A stretch of 64,000 bases of DNA from Octopus sinensis (taxonomy: Eukaryota), in NCBI RefSeq assembly GCF_006345805.1, contig NC_042999.1, forward strand, positions 85,870,001-85,934,000. Direction: 5' to 3'. The notes below the pieces were generated by a model, which had not been told where the DNA came from, ran no database searches, and saw nothing but the letters and a program-made list of their open reading frames with translations. How positions within the stretch are numbered: position 1 is the stretch's first letter; each line of letters begins with the position of its first letter. Made by a program: the position numbers and the translations under genes. Below, in pieces: positions 52,480-64,000 of this stretch.

Positions 52480-53675
52480 ACAGGGTCATAGGCTGTGAAG
52501 AGTAATGCTAGAACTGTGAAGTCTTGCATGCATTAATTTCAACTCTCTGTTAATAACTGTATTGTTTCTTTCCAGCTAAACTGACATATGACTGTTCAAA
52601 GAAAACTTCAAAAGTAACTAGAAGTGACTGCTCTTGAAAATGGGCAAATTTGGTATTGTGGTGTTATCAAGTACCTGCAGAAAAAGGGTTTGCCCCTAAG
52701 GATATTCATGCTAACATGCTTGCTATATTATGGGATGATACTCCAGCTTTATCAACAGTGTAAAAGTAGGCAACTGAATTTAGGAAGAGGAAGAGAGAGT
52801 CATGAAGATGACCCAAGGCCTGAATGTCCTGCAACTGCCATCACCAAGGAAAACTTTGATCATGTTGACCACATGATGATGGACGACAGGCAGTTGACTA
52901 AAAGTCAAATAGCCAGTGCTATTAGCATATCCCGTGAGAGAGCTGAGAATATTCTGCACATTGAAGGTCTCACATCTTCTGACATCTGATCAAAAGCGCA
53001 CCAGGCTGATAATATCACAGGAAAATTTGACATTGTTTGAGGTAGCTCCAGCTGGTTTTCTTGAATGTTTCCTAAGCCAGGATGAGTGTTGGGTTCATCA
53101 CTTTGAACCAGAGACAAAAAGACAATCCAAGCAGTAGAAATACCCCCTCCTCATCTGCTCCAAACAAGGCTAAGGTCATTTCATCAACAGGGAAGGTAAT
53201 GGCCTCAGTTTTTTGGGATGCAAAAGGCATTGTGTTTATTGACTATCTTCTAAAAGGCTTCACCATCAATAGGGTGTACTATGCCAACTTGCTGAAGTAT
53301 TCATGAAAGGCTATGAAGATCAAATACCTGAAAAAACTGAGAGAAGAGGTCTTTTTTCTTCAGGACAAAGCTCCAGCACACAAGTCATAGGTTTAAATGG
53401 TTGTTGTGGATGACTGTGGCTTTGAACTGGCTGATCAGCCTCTTTATTATCCTAATTTGGCCCCATCTGGCTATCATCTGTTTCCCAACATGAAAAAACA
53501 CATGGCTGGGAACCAATATTGCAGCGACGATGACATCATATCTGCTGTTAATGACTTTTTTGAACAACAGGATGAAAGAAGTGTGTGGACCGCAAGGGGG
53601 ACTATGTTGACCACAGTTGGTCTCACTCCATGAGAGTATCTTGGTCAGCCTATGAACTTTTCAGTCAATTACCTC
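52480..53675 (+). mobile_element. Decayed mariner (DD34D)
   Basis: SQDECWVHHFEPETK, KVMASVFWDAKG, QDKAPAH and YYPNLAPSGY spread over frameshifted ORFs. Confidence 0.9.
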
Positions 53676-55419
53676 TCTCTCTCTTCTGAGCTCTATACGG
53701 TTTTACATAATTTTCTTCAAAACTTTTCTTCTTACTAAATCAGCACCAAGAGATGCATACTCACTCTTAGAGAGAGCATGCATAAGTCTCAATGGAAAAA
53801 AAAGGGGCAAATATTTAGGTTAATTTGTAAAATGATGTTGATGATTATGAAATTGAAATATGGACACATATAAAAAGGTTTGCTTTTTGTTCAGCCTACT
53901 CACCATATGTCAATAATTTGCTTTCTTTTTAAACTAGAAGAAGCAATTATTCAAACTTTTTTACAGTAATTCTGTTACACTTGTTACACTTCAAAATTTC
54001 AACATTTCTTCTAAAATAAAGTTCCACAAACTAGTATTATTTTTAAAAAATAGCTTTAATGTCAAAAAATTAAAAGTTGTACAAAGGTATTAATTTATAA
54101 AAATATAAACAAAATATGTTGTATGTCAGTATAGATAAAATAATAGTTTATTAGATTTGTATACTGTTAGAGGATTTGGCTTTTATAGTTTATTGCTGGC
54201 CAATGAAGTAATAAAATGAAAATATTCAATATCAACTAGATAGACATGCAATGTAATGTGTCTTTCATAGAAGTACATCACGGTTAGTGTAGTAACGTTT
54301 GAATTCATGACCAGTAGCTTATTACGAGTTAGTATAACAAGAATTGACATAGCCTAAATAAAAGTAAACACAATCACATTATATCAAACAAGTATTTGGA
54401 TTTCTCTTGATCTTCGAACACTTCTCACACTTGTTCCATGCCACCACTAACTTTCCACTCATAATTCTTTTCATTAAACACAGGCATGGCTGTGAGGTTA
54501 AGAAGCTCACTTCCCAACCATGTGGCTTCTGTTTCAGTTCCACTGCATGGCATTTTGGGCAACTGTCTTCCATTATAACCTTGATTTTATGAGAAGATTT
54601 AGTTGGTGGAAATTGAAAGAAGCTTGTTGTGTGTGTGCACACATGCATACTTGTATGTGTGTCTGAAAAAATCACTGATCTACATGCAGTGATCTCATCA
54701 TTTCCCCTGTTAACAAATCATTACTGGTTTCATACCATTCAAGATGTGTAGAATAAGAGGTCCCTGACTTAAAAAAAAAGGTAAGGGTACTTATTCTATT
54801 GGTCTTTTTTGCTGAACTGCTAAGTTTCAGGGACATAAACACACCAACATCAGTTGTCAAGCAATGGTGGGGGTATACATATATATATTCACAATGGGCT
54901 TCTTTCAGTTTTCATATACCAAATCCATTCACAAGGTTTTGGTTGGCCTGAAGCTATAGTAGAAGACCCTTGTCCAAGGTGCCACTCAGTAGGACTGAAC
55001 CCAGAACTATGTGGTTGGGAAGCAAGCTTCTTACCACACGGCCACGCCTGCCCCTAAATGTACAGGCTATATTTTTTTTGCTTATGGGAAAATAAGAGTG
55101 AATTTTATAGTCTTAAGTCTATAAAACTGTGCATAAAGTATATAAAGTGAATTAAGTAATCATCTTATTTCAATTTCTTTCACTTTTCAATGAGTAGCAG
55201 ATGAGCAACTATCTTTCCATACAGACACAACACGGGCTTTGCTTTCAGGTTTTTTGGATAAAGTTTTCAGAAATAACCCAATAGGTGTACCATTAATTCC
55301 GTTAAATATTCATGGGTCCCAATAGTTCTTATCAACATAGTTATAATTCGTAATAATATTCTAAGCTATAATGTTTATAAGAAGCTAAACATGATGACTT
55401 TACTAATAGAGATGAAAAA

Positions 55420-55563
55420 TCACTTTATAACATTGATATCCTGAATATGATTATAGTCTTCATTTTTATCACAGCTTTTCTTGTTTTCCCACTCGATTTT
55501 CTTTGGTACAGTTTGACTTGTACTAGATACTCTATTTGAAAATGAAACCTTCAAATAGTACCT
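55420..55563 (-). CDS. eIF2-alpha kinase, tentative terminal exon
   Basis: Acceptor attatttatag|, then open RYYLKVSF...IQDINVIK*. Phase is consistent with the tentative upstream exons. Confidence 0.45.
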   Translation of the reverse strand, partial: RYYLKVSFSNRVSSTSQTVPKKIEWENKKSCDKNEDYNHIQDINVIK

Positions 55564-57332
55564 CTATAAATAATGAATTATAAAAGAAACACCACTATAG
55601 GAAAAAAAAAAAGATAATTTTTTTCTTGAGTTAACAGGAAGGCAGTGGGATGACAGAATCATTAGCACACCAAGCAAAATGCTTAGTGACATTTCATCTG
55701 TCATTACACTCTGATTTCAAATTCTTATTTCTTTATTGCCCACAATAGGCTAAACATAGAGGGGACAAACAAGGACAGACAAAGGGATTAAGTTGATTAC
55801 ATCGACCCCAGTGCATAATTGCTACTTAATTTATCAACTCCGAAAGGATCAAAGGCAAAGTCGACCTTGGTGGCATTTGAACTCTGAACGTAAAGACAGA
55901 TGAAATACCTATTTCTTTACTACCCACAAGGGGCTAAACACAGAGAGGACAAACAAGGATAGACAAACGGATTAAGTCGATTATATCGACCCCAGTGCGT
56001 AACTGGTACTTATCTAATTGATCTCGGTGGAATTTGAACTCAGAATGTAGCAGCAGACGAAATACCGCTCAGCATTTCGCCCGGTGTGCTAACACTTCTG
56101 CCAGCTCACCACCTTTTTTCAAATTCTGCCCAGAGATCGACTTTGCTTTTCATCGTTTTGGGATTGATAAAATAAGTACCAGTTGAACACCGGGGTTGAT
56201 GTAATCAACTTAATCCCTCCCCACGAAATTGCTGGCCTTACAATATGGACATTTCCCCTTGTATTTCCTATGTTTCACCACCAGGTATTTCTTGTGTGTG
56301 TGTGTGTGTGACAGATACCTTGTGTGTGTGTGTGTGTGTGTGTGTTTGTGTGTGCATGTGTTTGTGCATATCCTTGTCTTGACATCACCTAATGATTATG
56401 AATGAGCATCCTATCATACAAGTGGTGTTGCTCATTTCCAGTCTTCCATAAAAAAATATGTCCAACAATGGGAAATACTACTTTGTTTGGTAACAGGTGA
56501 GGTTTGGTGGCAGGAAGGGCATCTGGCCTTAGAAAATCTGCCTCAATGAATTCGGTCTGGTCCAAGCAAACCTGGAACAGTGGCAGTTAAATGATGATTC
56601 TGCTTTAAGCACCTTGATACATGGCTTGAACTGTTCTCACAAAATATTTATCTACAACTAGCTTTCTTATTGCTGCCAGTCTAGAGAGGATGGAATTCTG
56701 CAAAAGGTATTTTCAATTAAAAACCTAGAATACAGAAAAGGTAAAACCTTTCTAGAAAATGGAGACATGAAATTTATAAACTCTTTGCAAACATACCAGA
56801 TCTAAACTAATTTATAACAAAATGTTTATCTTGTGTGAAATGAAGATATTTGGTAATCTTTTTTGAGGTTAACGAAAGGAATATAAAAATTTTATGGGAA
56901 TTTTAGATTAAAAAGCAAATTAATTTGATAGAAAGTTTTAAAATCTTTAAAGTGCAAGTGGAAGTTTACATGTCCATCTTTTATACACTATTACTGAAGC
57001 AAAAAAATAAGCATTTCATTTCAAGATATTCTGGCAAATTGTTGGTAGTGCTTAGTCCCAGGTCAGCCTTGAGTGATAAAGCTGACATATGATCAAAAGA
57101 CTTCCAGACATGACCATCCTGTCTTTCAGGCATTGTGTACACTGGATTACATTGTCCAGTATATCATTTTTTAAAAAAATGAGTCATGTAAAAGAAATTT
57201 CACTGCTATTTCCAGTAGACCACACAGAGGTGCACCTGTCTTTGGTTCCTTGGTGGAAGGAGTTGCAAAAGGTGTAAAGAGGGATGAAATAATTGGATTA
57301 CACCTGAAAGTTCTTCAAAAGAGACTTGTCAC

Positions 57333-57375
57333 CTTTCTTAATTGACGTGGTTTCATTTTTCTGTAAGCTCTCTCT
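57333..57375 (-). CDS. eIF2-alpha kinase, tentative small exon
   Basis: Acceptor ttcattcacttcag|, donor AAG|gtgaca; (K)ERAYRKMKPRQLRK. Confidence 0.4.
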
Positions 57376-57749
57376 CTGAAGTGAATGAAAGACAATACAT
57401 ATTTGATGTTAATGTTATAAATACAGAATATGCATCTATAAAATTAATTTAGATTGAAATGGTTTTAACTATTACTCCATATGATTAAAATGTTTTAACA
57501 ATAGTATGAGTTAAGCACGAAGTAAAAATGATGATTTTTAGAGTTTAATTCAATATTATACTCACAAAGCTTCAAATTCTGAATGATATGTAAGACTTAA
57601 CCTTATGATCAACAAAATAATTTTTTTAATCATTTTTTTTTACTAAGTAAGGTATGAAATCTTAAGATTTTATGAGAAATTTTGTGCTTTATGCCGTTCT
57701 CCAAAGTATTAGCAATACAAATGAAAAGAAATGGCTCCAATTTATAGAA

Positions 57750-58230
57750 TGCATCACCATTTAATGTCTGTTGTCCATGCTGGCATGGGTTGGACAGTTT
57801 GATTGGGTTGGTATGCCGGAGGCTGCACCAGGATCCAGTCTGATTTGGCATGGTTTTCTATGGCTGGATGCCCTTCCTAACACCAACCACTCTGAGAGTG
57901 TAACAGGTGCTTTTACATGCCACTGCATGGGTGCTATTTGCATGACACCAGTATCTGTCATGGCTGCGATTTTGCTCAGCTTGATGGGTCTTCTCAAGCA
58001 TGACATAATGTCAAAGGTCTTGGTCATTGCCTCTGTGAGGCCCAACACTCGAAAGGAGCTCGACCATTTTGCCACCATGAGGCCCCTTGCTCAAAAGGAA
58101 CTCAGCCACCTCGCCTCTGTGAGACCTGCTTAAAAGGAACTCAGCCATCTTGCCTCTGTGAGGCCCAACGCTTGAAAGAACTCAACCACTTTGCCTTCAT
58201 GAGGCCCAATGCTCAAAAGGAACTCAACCA
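57750..58230 (-). mobile_element. RTE-tail repeat with ~40-bp tandem units
   Basis: Same tail as 12795-13320 and 30020-30183; unit gcctctgtgaggccc...aaggaactcagccac is repeated. Confidence 0.75.
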
Positions 58231-58478
58231 TAACTGGAAAAAGAAAATTAGAATTATTTATCCCAATAACCCTAGATATTTAAGAAAGAAATAGAGATCT
58301 TACCTTCATAACTATGTACTTTTAATTCTAATTCTTTTAATTTGTTTCTTAGATAGGCAATCTCTTTCTTTTGCTCTCTGATAATATCCTAACAATAGGA
58401 ACAAGAAAAAATAAAATAAGTAAGCAATTATACAAATGAAAATTTGAAAATTACACTTCAGACTATATTAGGGTTATA

Positions 58479-59346
58479 CGAGATGATATCAAGAGGTTTT
58501 CAGGCTTATAAAAAATAACTTATTTACCTAAGTTTTAACATCATTTCTTCAAAAGAGTACCCTTGCACAGCAATACACTAGTCCCAGCATTCCTGCTAGT
58601 TTTGGAATCCAGCCTGAAAGTTGGTTTCCATAAGTGAGTAAAGAACCTTCTGCGATTCACTCTGGATCTCGACAATGGTGTTAAAATGGTAACCTCTGAG
58701 CTGCCTTTTCATCTCGGAGAAAAGATAAAAGACCGCAGGTGCTAAATCTGGTGAATAGTGCAAGTGTAGCAGGGATACTATTTTGTTTTTGGTGAGAAAC
58801 TCAGGAGTGATGAGAGCTTGGTGACAGGGAGCATTGTTGTGAAGAATCCAAGTCTTCACACTCCACAGATCTGGTTACTTTCACTGAATGTCCTCCCTCA
58901 AACACTTCGAAACATCACAGTAGAACACTTGATTGGTAATTTAGCCTTGGGGGATGAATTCTTGATGCACAATACCACATTTCCAGGGGTGATGCTCATG
59001 GCGGTCCTTCTAGATCACTCATCATCTTTTAGAGACGTTCTTCTGCTTTTGAGGCACCCGTGCCACTTGAAACATTGCATATGACCCATTGCCTCATTGC
59101 TGTAAGCTTGCCAAAGCATGTTCAAAGTCTCTGTAGCAGACTTCCCAAATTTAATGCAAAATTGCAGACTACTACATACACGTGATCACAAAAACACAAA
59201 TTTCACAACTTGCAAAGTAAACACAGCAATGTCACTTGGCACACTGCCTCATGAAAGTCACTGCTAGCTCTCACCACATGCAATTGTGTACTACCATCTG
59301 TTGGTATTCTACAGAAGTAATCCAGGAACATTTTGATACCAACTTC
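58479..59346 (-). mobile_element. Internally deleted mariner
   Basis: WILHNNAPCH...YSPDLAPAVF; degenerate TIRs with TA flanks. Confidence 0.8.
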
Positions 59347-59735
59347 ATATATGTCTGCCACAAGAATATTTGGTAGTCCCAAAACACCCAGATCATTGTA
59401 TCAAAATCAATTAAACAACACAAAGTGATTTGCTCAATTATTGATGATATAACTAAAAAATCGCCCATTTAGATGTTTGGTAAAACACAGTCTTAATTTC
59501 ATCTTTGGCACACTTTTTCTGATAAGGACACCGGACATATATTTAGTGTGTTTTAGCCACTAGCCAGCAGAACCCGTAAGCAGCAGTGACACATGCTTAG
59601 CTATAGCACCCCAGCCAATGGATGGTGACAGTGATGATGATGACACAGCTAAACCAACAAGCTGCTAAAATCACATGATGATAGGTGCTGTTGTTTTTGA
59701 CTGCAACATCTCATACAAACTTTGAATTATCTCAC

Positions 59736-59788
59736 TTGGTATAAGCACTTCTTCTTTGTTGTTTGTGGTAATGACAATATATAGTTTG
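59736..59788 (-). CDS. eIF2-alpha kinase, tentative small exon
   Basis: Acceptor ttcttatcattag|, donor AA|gtgaga; QTIYCHYHKQQRRSAYT. Phases 0 and 2 fit the neighbours. Confidence 0.4.
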
Positions 59789-60485
59789 CTAATGATAAGA
59801 ATAAATGTTTTTGCATTTAAAATCTCAATGAAATTTGTGTTCTTTCCATTGACTTAACACAACCAAATCATCACACTGCTGATTACTGAAAATCAGAAAT
59901 GTTTTATCACAGCATGTCTTAAATTCTCTGGATAGTGTAATTGATGTACATCATATCTAAAATAGATATATAATATGTTCTTATAATTTTTCTGTTTGAT
60001 TATCTATTGCAGCTTACTGTATGTAGCAAAATTAATGTAACACAGTTTTTGTCCTTTGGTTGCAACTGTTATTTCCTATTTGTTTACCCCTAGAAAGTAT
60101 GAAAAATGGTTAATATTTCCTTCAAACTTTGCTTTTGTCATATTTATTTAATCCCCAAAGAATCCCTTTCAACATGGTTATGATGCTCCCCAACTACTCC
60201 TGCTCAAGTGGTTAAGATCAAGCAACTGACAAGCAAATCTATGGTATTGAGCAGAATATTTGCTATAATGATATTTCTGCCTCAGCAACTCTGTACTGAA
60301 TCTGTCTGAAATGTAATGGAAAACAGGTCAGTTTCAAAATGTTTATGTCCAGATCACAAAAGTCTCAAAGGAATAGGTAATCATTTCCGACTACAGTTGG
60401 TAGAATTCTTTATGGATATGGAAGCAGTTACTCACTATAAACTCTGGAAATTATAAAAGTTTTAAATATATACTAATTCACTTAC

Positions 60486-60578
60486 ATCTTTTGAAGTACA
60501 TAAGTATTGGCTCAAGATGTTTTGTGCAGTTAACCGTTCAGCAGGATCTTTTTTTGTCATTTTCTTGATTAGTTCAGC
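60486..60578 (-). CDS. EIF2AK1: eIF2-alpha kinase (HRI-like), subdomain XI exon
   Basis: Acceptor tctttcaaag|, donor GAT|gtaagt; AELIKKMTKKDPAERLTAQNILSQYLCTSKD. Confidence 0.82.
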
Positions 60579-62326
60579 CTTTGAAAGACAAATAACACAT
60601 GGAATAAAAGTTAATTGCTATTAAAATTTCCTATTAAAAAGCTGAGATTTGAGGTAAAAAAGACTGATATAGAATATTTAGAATGGGATGTAGTACATTT
60701 TTGGCTACTTTGTCTTCAATCACATATTGTAGAGGAGAGAAAGAAATATTAAATATATCTCTAATTGTGGATGGAATGTGTAGAAGAGGTAGACCCAGGA
60801 AGATGTGGGACGAAGTGGTCAGAAAAGATCTTCAGAAGTTGGGCCTCACAGAGGGGATGACAAGGGACCAAGACTTCTGGCAGTTTGCTTGCATGGAAAG
60901 ACATATCAAGCTGAGTAAAATTGGGGTTGTCCTTGCATATAGGCATGTCCCCAGCATCCCTCTTCAGCTAAGTGATACTAATCTTGCAGGCTCATGGGTG
61001 CTGGTGTCATGTAAAAGCATCTGTGCTAGTGTTGCATAAAAGCACCCAGAACACTCTCTAAAATGGTTGGCATTAGGAAAGGTATCTAGCTGTGGAAACC
61101 ATGCCAAAACACATGGCACCTGGGTAGCTCTTTACCTGGCTAGCTTCTGTCAAAACATCCAGCCCATGCCAGCATGAAAAATGGACATTAAAGGATGATG
61201 ATGATGTATTCATGTTTGGTGCACACAAAATAAATGTATAGTAGGTGTCAATTATTAATCAGGTTAGTGTAAAGCAATTAGTAATCTAGCTATGCAGATC
61301 TGGCAAAGATGGATTAATATCTCCATCATCTATATTAATAAAAGCGAAATTCTGTCTGTCTGTGCCCCTGTATCTGTCTACATTTGCTCTACATAGACAT
61401 CACCATCATCATTCTACATTTCTATTAACTGCTTTTCATACTGGAATAATATGGAAATGTTGGTAAACAGTTTTACATTTGGTCATTTTGTTTAATCAAT
61501 ATCAATTTTCTATATTCTGAACACACTCTTTCCAAGTTAAGCAAACATTTTCAATATAACAGTATGATTGATTGATTGATTGAATGAGCATGCATGCATG
61601 CACATGTGCCCAGGAGTTACAAGATATAAAAAAAACATAGCACACATCATTATCATTTAATGTCCACTTTCTTTGCTAGCAAGAGTTAGACATTCTGACT
61701 ACAACTGGCAAGCCAGAGAGCTGGATCAGGATCCAGTCTGACTTTGGCTTGGTTTCTATGACTGGATACCCTTCCTAATGCCAATCAACCTGATAGTGTA
61801 GTGGGTGCCTTATATGTGTCACCAACACAGGTGCTTTTACATGTCACTAGCATGGATGCTGTTATGGATCACTGGCACTGGCCACAGCTATAATTTCATT
61901 TGGCTTGATTAAACAGAATCCACAATACATAACATATGCAGCTTTTTAAACAACAAATGACATAAAAAGTTAAAGAACAAACAAAACATTAGACCGGTGC
62001 TTAATAAACAATTTAATAAAAGGAACAAACCATTACTCACTAAACCTGTGTATTAATGCTTACAAAGATGGAATTTCCTTTCCTCAGTTTTTCCCTTTTC
62101 TTTTACTTTCCTGTTTTGCAAGTTATTTGGTGACTGCACTAGTGCCAGTAGCACAATAAAAAAGAAAAAAAAGCACCTGGCACACACTGTAAAGTGGTTG
62201 GTGTTAGGAAGGCCTCCAGCTGTAGAAACTATGCTAAAGTTGACATGGAGTATTGTGCAGCCCTATAGTTCAGCAGATCCTGTCAAACCACCCAATTCAT
62301 GCCAGCATGGAAAATGGATGTTATAT

Positions 62327-63620
62327 GATGTATAAGATGCACCAAGTGTAAGCTATGGACACATAAGAGGTGCAGCAATGTCAAAGGAAGGCTAACTAGG
62401 AAGATGGTTTTTGTATGTGGCAGATGCTCAGGAATAATAAACACTGAAAATGCTCTGAGACCAACTTCCGTCACTTTCCAGGGAGAAAAACTAGAAATAG
62501 TTGATAGTTTCCGTTACCTAGGTGACCAAGTCAGCAGCGGGGGCGGGTGTGCTGAAAGTGTAACTGCTAGAGTAAGAATAGCTTGGGCAAAGTTCAGAGA
62601 GCTCTTACCTCTGCTGGTGACAAAAGGCCTCTCGCACAGAGTAAAAGGCAGACTGTATGATGCATGTGTACGAACAGCCATGCTACATGGCAGTGAAACA
62701 TGGGCCGTGACTGCTGAGGACATGCGTAAGCTCGCAAGAAATGAAGCCAGTATGCTCCGATGGATGTGTAATGTCAGTACTCATACTCGGCAGAGTGTAA
62801 GTACCTTGAGAGAAAAGCTGGACCTAAGAAGCATCAGTTGTGGTGTGCAAGAGAGACGTTTGCGCTGGTATGGTCATGTGGCGAGAATGGATGAAGATAG
62901 TTGTGTGAAAAAGTGCCACACCCTAGCGGTTGAGGGAACCTGCGGAAGAGGCAGACCCAGGAAAACCTGGGATGAGGTGGTGAAGCACGAACTTCGAACT
63001 TTAGGTCTCACTGAGGAAATGACTAGAGACCGAGACCTCTGGAAGTGTGCTGTGCGCGAGAAGACCTGGCAGGACAAGTGAGTCCATAACCCGTGGCCTT
63101 CTACATGGGATGGAGCCAGCCTACGTATGCATACCTTCCCTTCTTGGGACACAAAACTCTACTTGTGAAGACCTGTTGAGGTAAGTGAGGATCAGAATTG
63201 AAATCGATCAATGGAAATTGCAGATGTGTTACCAGTGCCGGTGGCATGTAAGAGAACCATCCATTTGCGACCGTTGCCAGCGCCGCCCCGACTGGCCTCG
63301 TGCCGGTGGCACGTAAAAAGCACCATCCATTCGTGTTCGTTGCCAGCCTCGCCTGGCCCCCGTGCCGGTGGCACATAAAAAGCACCATCCGTTCATGGCT
63401 GTTTGCCAGCTCTGTCTGGCACCTGTGCGGGTGGCACGTAAAAAGCACCCACTACACTCACGGAGTGGTTGGCGTTAGGAAGGGCATCCAGCCGTAGAAA
63501 CACTGCCAGATCTGACTGGACCTGATGAAGCCTTCTGGCTTCACAGACCCCAGTTGAACCGTCCACCCATGCTAGCATGGAAAACGGATGCTAAACGATG
63601 ATGATGATGATGATGATGAT
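62327..63620 (+). mobile_element. Young 5'-truncated RTE LINE
   Basis: Intact ORF end to 63081 (FRYLG, AWAKFREL, GSETW, RLRWYGHV, GRPRKTW), a 3' UTR with tandem units, and a (GAT)n tail. Confidence 0.95.
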
Positions 63621-63790
63621 AAAAAAGGACATTACACAAATGTTAATTAACCAATAAACCAGGTAAACAACTAATGTAAAAAACAAAAAAAAAAACAAAA
63701 CAAAAAACTAAAAAAATCACAAGCCGTGATTTTACCAACTATCTAACATGCTGTTATTTACAATTCAATAGTACAAAGCATTAATATTAC

Positions 63791-63931
63791 CTGATCAGGG
63801 AAGTTCTGTATTACAAAGTCATCTATTTTAGAATTTTCTTTCAAAACATGGAACAAATCTGAACGTTCAAACATAGTAGCGAAAGAGTAATATAGTTCGT
63901 ATACGATTAGGCCAAGGCTGTATATATCTGA
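63791..63931 (-). CDS. EIF2AK1: eIF2-alpha kinase (HRI-like), subdomain IX-X exon
   Basis: Acceptor ttcttttacag|, donor CAG|gtaata. SDIYSLGLIVYELYYSFATMFERSDLFHVLKENSKIDDFVIQNFPDQ matches the eIF2a-kinase SD.YSLG...EL..PF.T..ER motif. HRI versus other EIF2AK members is an inference. Confidence 0.85.
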
Positions 63932-64000
63932 CTGTAAAAGAACATGAGATTGTTATTTAAATATATCACAATTAGAAGAACATTTTAAAAATAAAATTAT

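Noticed and set aside
56612-56697. Apparent minus-strand exon NSILSRLAAIRKLVVDKYFVRTVQAMYQ
   Set aside because: It resembles the RTE RT motif RKLGV.EWLVR.VQAMY and is probably a LINE fragment; exonisation cannot be shown from sequence.
63520-63550. CTGATGA plus hairpin as a hammerhead
   Set aside because: No GAAA follows; it is a point variant of the LINE tail (ctggtgcagcc in the copy at ~30093).

Overview
AT-rich, repeat-dense animal genomic DNA. The SINE and LINE families suggest a coleoid cephalopod, probably Octopus (inference). Three host genes are supported. (1) A minus-strand, signal-peptide-bearing JmjC/cupin-8 2-oxoglutarate oxygenase with coding exons 17030-16780, 9404-9253, 3893-3724 and 81-1; splice phases match, the HxD motif is present, and the gene runs off the left edge. 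(2) A plus-strand ZNF532/ZNF592/ZNF687-family C2H2 zinc-finger gene whose whole 1665-aa CDS (33444-38441) lies in one exon; it probably shares a head-to-head promoter near 25.7-26.2 kb with gene 1. (3) The 3' end of a minus-strand eIF2-alpha kinase (HRI/EIF2AK1-like), exons 63931-63791 and 60578-60486 plus three tentative tail exons; the ORF track misses it. The rest is mobile DNA: five mariner (DD34D-type) copies, one DD41D (rosa/Visitor) element, piggyBac-, hAT-, Helitron- and Helentron-type non-autonomous elements, RTE LINE fragments with (GAT)n tails, tRNA-derived SINEs and Penelope-like element (PLE) remnants. The most unusual signal is a recurring set of minimal hammerhead-ribozyme motifs (about 6, variably decayed). 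They sit in foldback insertions carrying duplicated neighbouring DNA, at a PLE 3' end, and fused to a tRNA-derived Pol III head. All calls were made by eye; no searches were run.
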